Shown here: positions 48,066 through 59,900 of the stretch, piece after piece | Layout: every line of letters begins with the position of its first letter | Numbering within the stretch: the first letter of the stretch is position 1 | Source: an uncultured Thermoplasmata archaeon | Lineage (GTDB): Archaea > Thermoplasmatota > Thermoplasmata > UBA10834 | Assembly: GCA_963719945.1 (NCBI GenBank) | Contig: CAVRDX010000002.1 | Span: 32,001 to 96,000, forward strand | DNA: 64,000 bases | Direction of reading: 5' to 3' | Notes under the pieces: model-generated | What the model saw: the letters and a program-made list of their open reading frames with translations, nothing else | What the model was told of the DNA's origin: nothing | The model's database searches: none | Position numbers and translations under genes: made by a program

Positions 48066-49031
48066 TCACCTCCTGAGTTTCGGGTCCAGGATATCTCGTA
48101 TTCCATCACCGAGAAGGTTGAACCCGAGTACTGTGAACACAATCGCGAGGCCAGGGAACGTCACGGACCACCAGGCCTGGAATACATATTGCTGGTTCTC
48201 TGATATCATCCGCCCCCATTCAGCAGTCCCCAGGGGCGCACCAAGACCCAGCCAGCCGAGTGCGGCAGCTGCGAGAACGACGTACCCGAAATCGGATGTC
48301 GCCTGGACGACGACCGGAGACAGACTGTTCTTGATCACATGCCGGAACAATATCCTGACGGGACCTGCGCCGACACTCCTCGACGCCTCGACATATTGCT
48401 TCTCCCTTATCGATAGCACCTGTCCGAAGACCAGTCGAGTATACCATGGCCACCACGTGATGATCATGGCATATGTGATATGGGTTATGCTCGGCCCCAA
48501 TGCGGCGACGATGGCCATGGCGAGAACCAGGCTAGGTATGCTGAGGAAGATGTCCGTGGTCCGCATGATGATCTCGCCGATCCATCTGCCGACATATCCC
48601 GCGATCCCTCCGAGCAACACACCTATGAAGGCCGCGGGCAGGACCACTAGCACGCCTATGTAGAGAGCCTTAGATGCGCCGTACAAGACCATGCTGTACA
48701 GGTCCCTTCCGAGGACATCTGTGCCAAAGTAGTGGTCGGAACTTGGCTCGAGCAACTGGTCCTCCGTGGACACTGGCCAGAACTCCTGAGTCTTTCCGTC
48801 GACGACCTGGTAGTTGGGATGATACGGTGATATGAACGGTGCGAGAAGGGCGATCACGACCACACCTAGGATGATGATGAGCCCCACCATCGACAGGGTG
48901 CTGCGACTGAACAGATAGAGGGAGTACTTGGTCTCCTTTATCCGAGATTGATGCCTCAGCTTGAAATCCTCTAATCTCTGGCCTGAACCTCTCCTTGGGC
49001 CCCGATATAGCTCTGGGTGGTCGGAAGACAT
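48066..49031 (-). CDS. oppC: Peptide ABC transporter permease
   Basis: HYFGTDVLGRD, YVEASRSVGA (EAA loop), EWGRMI, NLLGDGIRDILDPK. Confidence 0.92.
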   Translation of the reverse strand: MSSDHPELYRGPRRGSGQRLEDFKLRHQSRIKETKYSLYLFSRSTLSMVGLIIILGVVVIALLAPFISPYHPNYQVVDGKTQEFWPVSTEDQLLEPSSDHYFGTDVLGRDLYSMVLYGASKALYIGVLVVLPAAFIGVLLGGIAGYVGRWIGEIIMRTTDIFLSIPSLVLAMAIVAALGPSITHITYAMIITWWPWYTRLVFGQVLSIREKQYVEASRSVGAGPVRILFRHVIKNSLSPVVVQATSDFGYVVLAAAALGWLGLGAPLGTAEWGRMISENQQYVFQAWWSVTFPGLAIVFTVLGFNLLGDGIRDILDPKLRR

Positions 49032-49037
49032 CGATCT

Positions 49038-50057
49038 TCAGCCTCCTAGGCGCACCTGGGGGTCCAGGTACGCGTACATCACATCGACTATCAGATTGGC
49101 TATCAGGAACGCGATGGTTATCACTATGGTGAACCCTAGTATCCCGGCGAAGTCCAACTGTTCGGTTGCAGTGACTGCGAAGTTGCCTATCCCGGGCCAG
49201 CCGAATATGCGTTCGACGAACACCGTGTAGCTCAGAGCCCCGCCTATTGTCAACCCAGATATCGTCAACGTGGGGCCCATCGCATTCTTGAGCGCATGCT
49301 TGTAGATCACGCTCCTTTCAGGCACGCCCTTCGCCCTTGCCGAACGGACGAATTCGGAGGACATCACCTCCAGCATGCTGGACCTCATCATCCTCAGGAT
49401 GTAGCCTATGATTGAGAAGCCGAGCGCGAAAGCGGGCAGGGCGATGTAATATGCGCTGTAGAAGAACGCTCTCATATCGAACGTCAGGACACTGTCGAGC
49501 AAGAACAGTCCGGTGATCGAATCAGGAGGAGCGATATTGTTAGGGAACCTGCCGCTGAGCGGGAACAGCTGCACCTTGGAGACGAGAACGATCTGCAAGA
49601 CGAGTGCCAAGAAGAATCCGGGGACCGAAATGCCGACGAGCGCGACGAACCTGGCGACAGCATCCGCCAATGTGTTCCTCCTGGTGGCGGAGAGTATCCC
49701 CAGGTAGATGCCGGTCGGGATGGCGATGAGGGACGCGACCAGGACCAGCTCGATCGTCGCAGGCAACTGTTCGATTATGATATCGGATACGGGACGCTTA
49801 TACACAAACGAATCGCCGAGGTCGCCTTGGAAGACCCCTGTGACGTAGTAATAGAACTGATCGAGCAACGGGTCGTTGAGATGATACCGCTCCTCGATCG
49901 CCGCCCTGAGTATAGGGTCGTTCGCCCTCTTCCCGAGGTATACCCCGACTGGGTCGCCAGGCACAAGATGCGATATGATGAAAGAAAAGGCGAGGACTCC
50001 GACGAGTATGGGAATCATGAACAGAATACGCCTGACGATGTACTCCCACATCTTCAC
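49038..50057 (-). CDS. oppB: Peptide ABC transporter permease
   Basis: YIVRR, PGDP, FVRSARAKG, HALKNA, YAYLDPQVR. Confidence 0.92.
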   Translation of the reverse strand: MKMWEYIVRRILFMIPILVGVLAFSFIISHLVPGDPVGVYLGKRANDPILRAAIEERYHLNDPLLDQFYYYVTGVFQGDLGDSFVYKRPVSDIIIEQLPATIELVLVASLIAIPTGIYLGILSATRRNTLADAVARFVALVGISVPGFFLALVLQIVLVSKVQLFPLSGRFPNNIAPPDSITGLFLLDSVLTFDMRAFFYSAYYIALPAFALGFSIIGYILRMMRSSMLEVMSSEFVRSARAKGVPERSVIYKHALKNAMGPTLTISGLTIGGALSYTVFVERIFGWPGIGNFAVTATEQLDFAGILGFTIVITIAFLIANLIVDVMYAYLDPQVRLGG

Positions 50058-50177
50058 CGCTGCTCACCTCCGCTCGGACCACTATTGTCCGACATCGAAC
50101 CCTGGCATCTCAGATGACCGTCGAATATTATAAGAAAGATGGAAGAAAGGGTTTACTGTCGTGGTACTTCAGATTCG

Positions 50178-51842
50178 CTAGCTGAGCGAATACCAGTAGA
50201 AGTTGTACCAAGTGACTGCATTGAACATGAAGCCATCCAGGTTGGACCTGTAGAAGCAGACATAATTCGTCTGTCCCACAAAGATCATGTTCGGCTCCTC
50301 GTTCAGGCCTTCCCACACGGTCTTGTAAAGGTCGGCTCTCAGGTCGGGATCGTTCTCCTCCTGGGCTGCCAGTGCCGCGTCATCGATCGTCGAGTTCACT
50401 ATGCCCGTGAGGAAGTAGTCTCCTCCGGCATCCGCAGACACCGCAATAGGCAGAACATAGTCGTCAGGGTCGAGGTAGTCGATGACCCAACCGGTCATGT
50501 ACATGTCCCAGTTGTCAGTCTTCCTGGTATCTTCCAGCACGGAGCTGGTCACCTGTGATAACTCCACCGTTATGCCGAGCTTCTGAAGGTTGGTCTTATA
50601 GAGGCTTGCAGTCTGTATCCTCTCGGTATCGCCTGAGTCGACATAGATCGCGAGAGCGACTCCGTCGAACCTCCTATCCTGCGAGTCGAGGGTGTAGCCC
50701 GATTCGTTCAGGAGTTCCGACGCCATGGCCAAGTCGAATGTGAATGCCTTGGATGGCTGCGCCACAGATTCGAGTGGCATGCCGTTCGGTATCGGTCCCT
50801 GCACCGGATCCATGTATCCCGCATAGTAGCTCTCTGAGGTATTCAAATAGTCGAACGCCCACGACAATGCCTGTCTGACTTTGGGCACAGTCATGAATTC
50901 GTGGCCGGACTTCTCAGAGTCAACGTTCATCGCGATCATCTCAAGCTGGAATGTCGCCACTGGGTCCACGATGATGTCCGAGTTGTCCTCTACATCAGGC
51001 ATGTTGCCGAAAGGTATCTCGGCGATGGTCGCATCTCCCGATATCAGCGCCTGCACCCTGGTCGATGCTTCCGCGATCTCCTTGATTATGACCTTATCAG
51101 CATGCTCGCCGTCCCAACCGCGCCAATAGTTATCATTCTGCACCAACACAGTCTCCACATTCGGAGTCCATTTGTCAAGCTTGTACGGACCAGTTCCCAT
51201 CGGGTTCGACTTCATGAAGTCGTGTGCGTAAGGATCGGAGTCAGTGTAGTGAGCCTCCGTGTATTCCTTGTCCATGATTCCCAGAGGGAACGGCTGAGCG
51301 ATCGTCGCGAGGAATCCCGCGTACGCGAAGGTCAACTCAAAGTTCACGTGGAAATCATCCACCACGGTCACACTCTCAAGCCCGACGTCCTGACTCAATA
51401 TCCATGCGACACCAGTGTCAGGAGAATCCATCTCGAGGACCCTCATGACGCTGAATTCCACGTCTTCCGCTGTGAAGCTGTTGCCGTTCGAGAACAACAC
51501 ATCCTCTCTTAGCGTGAAGTTGTACCAATATCCGCTTGGTGACACCGTCCAAGAAGATGCTAACACCCCCACATAACTGCTCAGACCTTCTCCCGGATAG
51601 CCAATCAGAGTGTCATAGATATTCTGTATCGGTATGAACGACATCGTATCGTATGCATCCATAGGATCAAGAGACAGCACATTCGTGGCCGCGTAGAATG
51701 CGATTGTCTTCTCGTCGCCTCCACCCATCGCAAAAATATAGTAGGCGAGCCCGGCGACGACCAGTATCACCGCTATGACAATCGCAATCAAAACACCTTT
51801 AGGCTTCCTTGCATCTGCTGGCTTCTTCCTCTCTTCTCCCAT
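50178..51842 (-). CDS. oppA: Peptide ABC transporter substrate-binding protein (family 5)
   Basis: N-terminal TM anchor; SLDP, FTLREDVLFSNG..FTAEDV.FS, GTGPYKL, KVRQALSWA. Confidence 0.92.
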   Translation of the reverse strand: MGEERKKPADARKPKGVLIAIVIAVILVVAGLAYYIFAMGGGDEKTIAFYAATNVLSLDPMDAYDTMSFIPIQNIYDTLIGYPGEGLSSYVGVLASSWTVSPSGYWYNFTLREDVLFSNGNSFTAEDVEFSVMRVLEMDSPDTGVAWILSQDVGLESVTVVDDFHVNFELTFAYAGFLATIAQPFPLGIMDKEYTEAHYTDSDPYAHDFMKSNPMGTGPYKLDKWTPNVETVLVQNDNYWRGWDGEHADKVIIKEIAEASTRVQALISGDATIAEIPFGNMPDVEDNSDIIVDPVATFQLEMIAMNVDSEKSGHEFMTVPKVRQALSWAFDYLNTSESYYAGYMDPVQGPIPNGMPLESVAQPSKAFTFDLAMASELLNESGYTLDSQDRRFDGVALAIYVDSGDTERIQTASLYKTNLQKLGITVELSQVTSSVLEDTRKTDNWDMYMTGWVIDYLDPDDYVLPIAVSADAGGDYFLTGIVNSTIDDAALAAQEENDPDLRADLYKTVWEGLNEEPNMIFVGQTNYVCFYRSNLDGFMFNAVTWYNFYWYSLS

Positions 51843-52122
51843 AATCTTCCCCCCAGACAAATAATGGGTCATGCCCCATGTTGTGAGGCATGCCCAAGTA
51901 TCGCAGTGCCTGCACTAATAGCTGTCGCATTGATCGTTTATAAAGCCTGAATTCCAGCAGATTCACCGCCAGTATCAGACCGTCATTGGAGACATGCGGG
52001 ATAGCTGTTAAAGATAATAGGCAACGCCTGGGAAGCGGACCACACCTGACTACAATCAGATTTCGACAGCAGAACCCTTCGTGCGAGCATTTTGCTGAGC
52101 GGATGATACTGAATCTTCCTGA

Positions 52123-53055
52123 CTAGTCGCAATCTGACCCCCGCACAATATGCACCTTGTCCCGAACAAGATAGTACAGCCCCATGAACGCCAGTAATCC
52201 TAGAATCGGAAATATCGCTATGGCAGGACCCATCGATTCGATCGATGAATCGCCGTCGGCTATCTGTACCGCGACCATCGCATTCACAGCCGCTGCCATC
52301 GTGATGAAGAAACCGAAGAACAACAGGGTCAGATGGTAGGCCTTTTTCGGCTTTGTCATCAAGAGATACAACGCCAAATAACCGACCGGGACACTTATGC
52401 CGAGGTCAAGATATCTGATCATCCAGAACAACGTCGGTGCATCAGAATAGGATCCATCCTCAAGGTCGCCCTTGTCGCTGACCTGGACGACCTGCGCAAT
52501 CCACATGATAGCGAATATCGATAGGAACACCGATATGAGGATGACGAATCTCCGCAGGCTCTTTCTGTTGAAGTCAGGAGCGTCCGACTCAGTGAACATT
52601 GACAGGCTCCCAATCAGAAGTATGAGACCGCCTACTACAAGCGCGAGATACAGCCAGAAGTAATCCTCGACATTCCCCGAATATGAAGGATCGCTCCACT
52701 CCTGACCGATGCCGATCGAAAGGCCAGTGTACATCAGAGTGATCGGCGTCAGGATGAGAAAGTATTTTGAGCTGTCACGTCGGAGGAGCTGCAGTATGCC
52801 ACCGATGAACAATATTGGCGCGATCAGCAGGAGATCGGCAATATCCTGCCCTTTCAGTTGCGATAAGCCAGAATCCGAAGTCCTGTACTCTATCACTCCG
52901 AGCCCGAGAGGACCTAGAACGGCAATGAGGACAAGGACGACACCGCACAACAATGCTGCGATCCCGACCACGTTGTCTGGAATCAGCGGACCAGCTTCAT
53001 TTTCGGATTCTCGGTTCTCCGATGTGACCATCGTACTGGAAACCATGACCATCAC
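52123..53055 (-). CDS. Polytopic membrane protein of unknown function
   Basis: About 8 TMs; GQD and LDLG motifs. Confidence 0.7.
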   Translation of the reverse strand: MMVMVSSTMVTSENRESENEAGPLIPDNVVGIAALLCGVVLVLIAVLGPLGLGVIEYRTSDSGLSQLKGQDIADLLLIAPILFIGGILQLLRRDSSKYFLILTPITLMYTGLSIGIGQEWSDPSYSGNVEDYFWLYLALVVGGLILLIGSLSMFTESDAPDFNRKSLRRFVILISVFLSIFAIMWIAQVVQVSDKGDLEDGSYSDAPTLFWMIRYLDLGISVPVGYLALYLLMTKPKKAYHLTLLFFGFFITMAAAVNAMVAVQIADGDSSIESMGPAIAIFPILGLLAFMGLYYLVRDKVHIVRGSDCD

Positions 53056-53256
53056 CTCTTTGTCAACGAATCAACCATTGGTTCGAATCGCGCTCCGATC
53101 CCGAACATCGTAAGGTCTGCAGATATGTTTAACCCCCCTACCCGTAGGGCTTACTCTCCGCATTTAGCGCACTCGATACGCTCTTCGTTTCGATACTTGC
53201 CAGGACCCATATGTCGGAAATATGATGATCTGAAAGGGTTTCAACGGGTGCGTGAC

Positions 53257-54423
53257 TCATTCATTGTAGAGTTCAAGGAACTCGTCCCATTGGGTCTCCT
53301 CTGTGAACCATAGGTTATCGACGTACCAGGAGCCAAATGAATCCCATGTGCCCGCCCAGCTCCACCAGATGGATATGCCGCGAGTATCGCGCGCCACCGA
53401 ACCTGTCGATATTGCCTTCACAGCATATTCGAGAGCGTCTTTCAGTAGCAGCGTGGAATCGGCCAACGCTGTCCTCTCAGGGCTCGCGGGATATCTGCCG
53501 AGTTCCTCGTACAGGAGCTGCGCGATGTCCAAGAGATCTGCCTGACAGACTGAGCCGCTGATGGTGTAGGCGTGCTTCACGGCACGGTTGTATGCTTTGC
53601 TGAACAGATCGAACCCATTGGCGAGGTCAGATGTCCATTTGGCAAACTCGTCGAGGGCATCCCTGTACAGCCTAAGGTCAGTAGCAACGAAATTGACCCT
53701 TTGGGAGGGCCCATAATATGCTTCCCATCCAAGCACCATGTCACCAGCAAGCTGCAGCGGAGTCCTCGATGGATCCTGAATCACTGGGCCGAACTGGAGA
53801 TCGTACGGAAGACCGTTCCCGGGAACTAGCTCCTCGGAAGCGGCCATGTAGTCCACATATCCTGAGTAGCTGATCTCGTACATGCGTTCCATGCTGGACA
53901 TCGAGCATGCATCGAAACCGAGCACATCTATATGGATATCCGCTTCGCGGACAGCTCTGTCAAAGTCAGGTCCGTACATTCTCGAACCATCCGTCTCGTC
54001 GACGCTGAACCCTTTCCAGGCACTACCATGGTCCCACATGACCAGACAGTAGTTCTCGCACGGATATGTGGAATATGACCACTTTATGAAATCTCTCAGA
54101 GTATCGGAACTCCCGAAGTCCAGCTCTATATCGGAATATTCCGTGGTCGTAGCCTCACCCGAGTATTCGACTATCTCATATCCGGTCGTGCTGAGCCGGT
54201 CCACCCAAGCCACCACGTTCACCAAAGGATTGTCCGGCAGGTTCCACAGCATCGGCACGGAGAACGTGTCCCAACACGCCTCGAGATTGTTATCCGCGCA
54301 GATGTACAGAGCGATCGTCCATGGGTCGGGTTCATCCGGATCAGCGGCTGACAGGCCCGAGAAACCAGGGACCGCCATCGCCAAGGCAGCCAAGATCACA
54401 GCGCATTTGCTGACACACTTCAT
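53257..54423 (-). CDS. Secreted clostripain-related cysteine peptidase (family C11)
   Basis: WTIALYICADNNLE, WDHGSAW, FDACSMS, ASEELVPG.G, WDEFL. Confidence 0.9.
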   Translation of the reverse strand: MKCVSKCAVILAALAMAVPGFSGLSAADPDEPDPWTIALYICADNNLEACWDTFSVPMLWNLPDNPLVNVVAWVDRLSTTGYEIVEYSGEATTTEYSDIELDFGSSDTLRDFIKWSYSTYPCENYCLVMWDHGSAWKGFSVDETDGSRMYGPDFDRAVREADIHIDVLGFDACSMSSMERMYEISYSGYVDYMAASEELVPGNGLPYDLQFGPVIQDPSRTPLQLAGDMVLGWEAYYGPSQRVNFVATDLRLYRDALDEFAKWTSDLANGFDLFSKAYNRAVKHAYTISGSVCQADLLDIAQLLYEELGRYPASPERTALADSTLLLKDALEYAVKAISTGSVARDTRGISIWWSWAGTWDSFGSWYVDNLWFTEETQWDEFLELYNE

Positions 54424-54556
54424 CTTCCTCGATATCGACAAGTCTATTTCCCCCCACTGACCCATGAATCGACCCGACGCTATTTGAATGATTCCAAGGA
54501 AAGGGCTGGATGGGAAACTCAATTAGGGAATGATCGACATTCCAGGCTCGAAGACC

Positions 54557-55744
54557 ATGAAATATTCGACTGGAACCCCTATGATACTCATGGTCGCGAT
54601 GGTCATCATACTCGCATTCCCTTCGACAGATGCATGGAGCAACGGAGGGTATTCGGCGGACCAGAACGACCCCGACTACGGAACCCATGACTGGATCGCT
54701 GATGAAGCTCTCGCGATGCAGGTCGAGGATGTCTCCTTTCTGAAGTCAGCCTATCACTCCCAGTTCCTCCTTGGAACTGAGGCACCGGACAATCCGGAGT
54801 ACATCGGGGATTCGACGAACCATCACATATACTTCTATTCGGACGGCGAGTTGCAGGACGATATCTGCGCCAGAAGGGCTGCGGAGTTATACGATGCTGC
54901 CCTCGAATACCTGCTCGATGGCGATTATAGCAGCGCAGCATACGACATCGGAGTCATGGTCCACTATATTGCAGACCCAGGCGTGTTCGGTCACACCATG
55001 GGAACCTACACGGATTGGGGAGCGGAGATACATCATTCGGATTACGAGAACGCATTTGAGTCGATGCTTGATTCGATACCTTCACCATCTGGAATTGAGC
55101 TGAAGAACATGAGCGCCTATGATGCAGCATTGAGCCTTGGAGAGACTATCACCTTTGGTGATGGTCCAATCAAGACCAACATATGGATGGATGCCAACTA
55201 TGATTGGGAGGATGATGTGTTCGCATCGAGCGCGATGAGTTCGCTCTATTGTGCGGTCGAAGCAGTTGCCGCTGCAGTGAGCCATCTCATGACAGAGGCA
55301 TTCTCAATCCCACCTGTTCCCGAATCTCCAGTCATACCTGTTCCTGAATCGCCGATCCCACCTCAGCCGCCGGCATCACTCACTGCAACATTCCTCGAAT
55401 CATCGGTATCGCTATCATGGACGCCGCCCGCGAATGATGGGGGATCGAGCATAATCAAGTACTCGATCTACAGATCGACCGATCCTCAGAACCCGACTTA
55501 CATCGATTTCGTCGTGGGATCTGTATTGATCTGGGCCGACGATTCTGTGCTTGATGGAGAGGTCTATTTCTATTGGGTCGTCGCGGAGAACATCGCAGGT
55601 GTGAGCGACATGACCCGCATCACATCCATCAGCATCCCGACAGAGCAGGATGATTCTCTTGCAGCAATAGCAGTCGTTTCGGCTGTGGCGGCAATCTTCA
55701 CATCAGGCGGCCTGATCCTATGGCGAAGAAGATCCCATGGTTGA
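54557..55744 (+). CDS. Zinc-dependent phospholipase C / S1-P1-like domain with FN3 domain and C-terminal TM anchor
   Basis: Mature N-terminus W-S-N-G..THDWIA, EAPD, HYIAD...GH, HSDYE; Pro-rich linker; FN3 LSWTPPANDGGS.I..Y; TM followed by RRR. Confidence 0.8.
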   Translation: MKYSTGTPMILMVAMVIILAFPSTDAWSNGGYSADQNDPDYGTHDWIADEALAMQVEDVSFLKSAYHSQFLLGTEAPDNPEYIGDSTNHHIYFYSDGELQDDICARRAAELYDAALEYLLDGDYSSAAYDIGVMVHYIADPGVFGHTMGTYTDWGAEIHHSDYENAFESMLDSIPSPSGIELKNMSAYDAALSLGETITFGDGPIKTNIWMDANYDWEDDVFASSAMSSLYCAVEAVAAAVSHLMTEAFSIPPVPESPVIPVPESPIPPQPPASLTATFLESSVSLSWTPPANDGGSSIIKYSIYRSTDPQNPTYIDFVVGSVLIWADDSVLDGEVYFYWVVAENIAGVSDMTRITSISIPTEQDDSLAAIAVVSAVAAIFTSGGLILWRRRSHG

Positions 55745-55803
55745 TCACCTTCATCCAGAATCATCAGGTTTGATCCGATCGTTCATGAAGGAAACTGTAT
55801 TAT

Positions 55804-56838
55804 GTGAATGGAGACATTTCAGAGCTGTTGAACGAGAAAGAGGGATACGGTGACCATCGATATGGTGCCGTACTCGCAGTGGTTTTCGTATTGATCGTGG
55901 CAGTGCTCCTGTTGCTGGAGCTGAGGCACGGTATAATTCCCATCCTGGATCTGACGGATATGGACGGGAACACCGAACGGCTCCTCATCGCGATAATCGC
56001 AATATCCGTCACATGGCTCGTGCTGCATAACATGCGGTATCTCTTCGAGAAGATCACGATCCCAAAGGTCGGCAGCCATGCACAGGCGCGCTCGATGTGG
56101 AGACTCCTGAGCACGGCCATCTGGATATTCGTCCTGATCACGCTCATGCTGACGCTCATAGGCGAGGTGAGCTCACTCATATTGTATGTCGGCTTGATAG
56201 GCGCAGCCCTCACATTGATTCTTCAGAAGCCTTTGCTGAACATAGGTGCATGGGCGCTCATAACCTATAGGCGTCTATACAGGATAGGCGACCGGATCGC
56301 AATCGGGGGCGTGAAGGGTTATGTCCTCGACATAACCGCGATGTACACCGAACTCAGAGAGTTCGGAGAGTGGATGAAGGGAGATACATTCACCGGAAGG
56401 ATCGTCACGGTTCCGAACGGTTTGATCTTCGACCAGCCGCTGCACAACTACACCCGAGACTTCCCGTTCATCTGGGACGAGATAGTCAATCTGGTCACAT
56501 ATGAGAGCGACATCGATCTCGCGAAGAAGTACATGATCGACTCGGCCAAGGAGATCGTCGGCGAACTGATGGCAAAGAATTACGAACTTTACCGGAGGAA
56601 GCTCGAGATAAGGGATCTGGACCAGCTGCTCCTGAAGGAACCAGAATACAGGATGGAGTTCTCCGACTCGGGTGTGAACATATATGTACTCTACTTCTGC
56701 CCCGTCGAAACGCGCAGGAAGATAAAGACACAGATCACCGAATTGATATGGAAGAGGTTCATGGCGGACCATAGAGTTGGAATCGCCTATCCGCATGTGC
56801 ATATCATCGGAGACGTCAATCACGAACATAAGACGTGA
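55804..56838 (+). CDS. mscS: Small-conductance mechanosensitive channel family protein
   Basis: TMs then YRIGDRI.IGGVKG.V.DI, VPNG, NYT, GIAYPH. Confidence 0.88.
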   Translation: MNGDISELLNEKEGYGDHRYGAVLAVVFVLIVAVLLLLELRHGIIPILDLTDMDGNTERLLIAIIAISVTWLVLHNMRYLFEKITIPKVGSHAQARSMWRLLSTAIWIFVLITLMLTLIGEVSSLILYVGLIGAALTLILQKPLLNIGAWALITYRRLYRIGDRIAIGGVKGYVLDITAMYTELREFGEWMKGDTFTGRIVTVPNGLIFDQPLHNYTRDFPFIWDEIVNLVTYESDIDLAKKYMIDSAKEIVGELMAKNYELYRRKLEIRDLDQLLLKEPEYRMEFSDSGVNIYVLYFCPVETRRKIKTQITELIWKRFMADHRVGIAYPHVHIIGDVNHEHKT

Positions 56839-56996
56839 TTTGGCAAACAATAATTCGAGTCCTTTGACAAAATTCGATTACGAATTTTTCTAACGAGAAG
56901 GATTCCAACATGAGATTTATATAGCATCGCGCAAATCTTTCCTGTCAGACCTCTATAGTGGAATGGTCAGTACAGCAATAGAGGAGGAAATGCGCA

Positions 56997-59900
56997 ATGC
57001 TATTCAGTTCGAGCAGGAGAATCAGGTTTAGCTGTTTTGTAGTTTTGATCGCCTTTGCCATGATGGCTCTGGCATTCACATCAACGATATCAGCCCGAGC
57101 GGAAGACGCGACATTGACATCCAATGATGGATATGTCCATGTCGGTTGGTTGAGCGAGGTCGTCAACTGGAACCCGCTTGCCATCGAGATGGTGGAGGAC
57201 TATGTTGTCTGCTATCTGATGTATAGTACCCTCTTCACCTATGACGAGGATTGGAATGGACCTGTCCAGGATTTGGCGACAGGGTATTCCCAGACGATTG
57301 ACAGCCAGACTGGCAAGATGACGACATACATCGACATCACACATAACGCATACTTCAGAAGCTTGGTCAATCCCACGGACACATCCCGCCAATTGACCGC
57401 GGACGATGTCGCATACACATTGAATCTGATAAAGAATAATCCATCTAGCTCATTTGACTGGTATCTATTAGAAGTTAGCAATATCACCGCTGTTAGCGAC
57501 TTCACGGTCAGCATGGACACACCCTACGCCAAGGCGACCCTGTTCGATGATCTCGCAGGTATCCCCATCGTTCCGAAGTACATATGGGAGGGTCTCTCCA
57601 ATCCGATCGGATCGCTGAACCCGGCAGATCTCGTCGGCAGCGGACCATTCATGTTCGATTCATACACGAAAGGCTCGTGGTACAAGTTCAGCACGGCACC
57701 TAACTACCACGGAGCAATAGACTATGGTGCAGCCAGAACAGTGAACATTGAAGGGATACTGTACACGGTCTATACCTCGAGTGACGCACTGATTAATGGT
57801 GCAAACACTGGAGCGGAAGACTTTGTAGTCCTAACCGGGGACCTATATGGATATGTTGAGCACCTAGGGCAAGACGCAAGCGTGAATATCTTCAAGGCAG
57901 CTGTCCAGGAACCAGGCATATGTGACATTGCAATCAATGCTATTCCGAACAGCTTCCGGGTTTCGACATATGGGAGTCACCATCCTGCATTGAATGATCC
58001 GAATGTGAGAAAGGCAATAATGATGACTCTGAACAAGGACTATATCACAAATACATCTTTGCAGGGACTGGCTACGATCGGTTCATCGGTGGTACAACCT
58101 GGATACTGGCAGGCACAGATCCAGGATCAATTGCCATATGATCCTTCCGCCGCCAAAGATTGGCTCATGAGCCACGGATGGAGCGCCGATGCAGATGGCG
58201 ATGGCTACCTCGAAGCCATTCCAGGCAATATCTACGGAGTCCCAGCTGGCACTGAGCTCAGCGGCATAAGATGCCAGGCGCCCGATACCGATCCGACCTA
58301 TGGATTCATCACCCAGGCATGGAAAGGCTGGGCGGAGCTTGCAGGCATAGGATTCGACTCATCCACAGAGTCCGAGATCACAATGATCAATGTCGCCTGG
58401 TACAAGGCGGATTACGACATATGGGTCTGGCACTGGGGCTGGGGACCTGAGCCGTTGGGTGGTGCTCTGAGTGTCTGGCTGACCTCTGAGATAATAGCTG
58501 GTGGAGATAACTGCCAGATGCCGATGGGGCCGTGGTGGTATGATAAGACCAACTACACACTCGCACCATCAGAATGGGGCTTGACCGGACCGTATTCAGC
58601 TTACGATCAGAACTACAGCATTGCGATGGAGACACTGAACATCGCAGATAGGAAAGCGATTGTCGACAAACTCCAGCAATGGGTATACGATTCATACACC
58701 GAGAACCCGCCATACTACGATCTCGGCCTGTACGGATACACAGATGCTAGGTTCGATAACTGGGGAGATGTCGCTGGTCATTCCGGACTCAATGTGGCTT
58801 CGGACCTGCTGTGGATATGGTTCAACGTAAAGGAAGTGACCAACAGAGCTCCAGTCTACGATGTGGGACTCGAAGATAGTTATATCGGACATGTCGACCA
58901 GACATTCTCGTTCAACGTAACCGTTCACGATGCTGAAGGAGATGATCTCGACGTAATATTCGATTACGGTGACGGCACAGCGCCGAGTGTCGTAACTCTC
59001 ACAGGCGACACCACGGTGCCGACCGAGGCAACCGTGTATCATGAATACGGTTATGAGGGCGTGTACGATCTGACCGTCTCGATCACGGACAATTACGTGG
59101 ATCCAGTCACTGGGCTCAGGGAGCCAATAGTGAGAACATCCTTCGTCCAGGTTCTCGGAGACGTGAACCTGCCACCGGAGATAACCTTCTTCGATTTCGA
59201 TACTCCGTCACCGGCGTATGTCGGCGAAGAGACCACCTGGACAGTTTCCGCATCCGATCTCGAATCGTTTGAATACGGGTTGACGGTTACCTGGGATTGG
59301 GATGATGGCACATATGACGTCTATCAGATAGATCCATTCCCATCGAATCAGGTCGCAACCGTCGTGGCAACCCACACATGGGATTCAGCGGGCGAATACA
59401 ATGTCATGGCAAGCGTCTGGGACAATTTCGACCTGCCGACCGGATACCACAATGTCTCGACCATCTTGTGGGGCTATACCATAACCATCAACCAGCCGCC
59501 GACCACACCGTACATCTATTCCATGGACGCGGTGCCTGGTGTCCCATTGAGCTGCTATGCATACTCATCCGACCCAGATGGGGACGCTTTGAAGTTCACA
59601 TGGAGCTGGGGAGACGGGACATATACTGTGGACATGAGGACACCCTCTGATCCATACTCTCGGGTCTATTCGATCGTTCAGCATACATGGGAAAATGCGG
59701 GCAACTACTCCGTCACCGTGTATGTCGATGACGGTAACGGACATAATGTCTCCAGCAGTAGGATTGCGTTCGTGTACATGCCGATGAATCCGCCGCAGGC
59801 ATATTTCTTTGTGTATCCGGGGATAGGCACTACGGGAACGGTCTTCACTCTCGATCCATCATACAGCTATGATTACGAAGATCCGTACAGTGCGCTGGTG

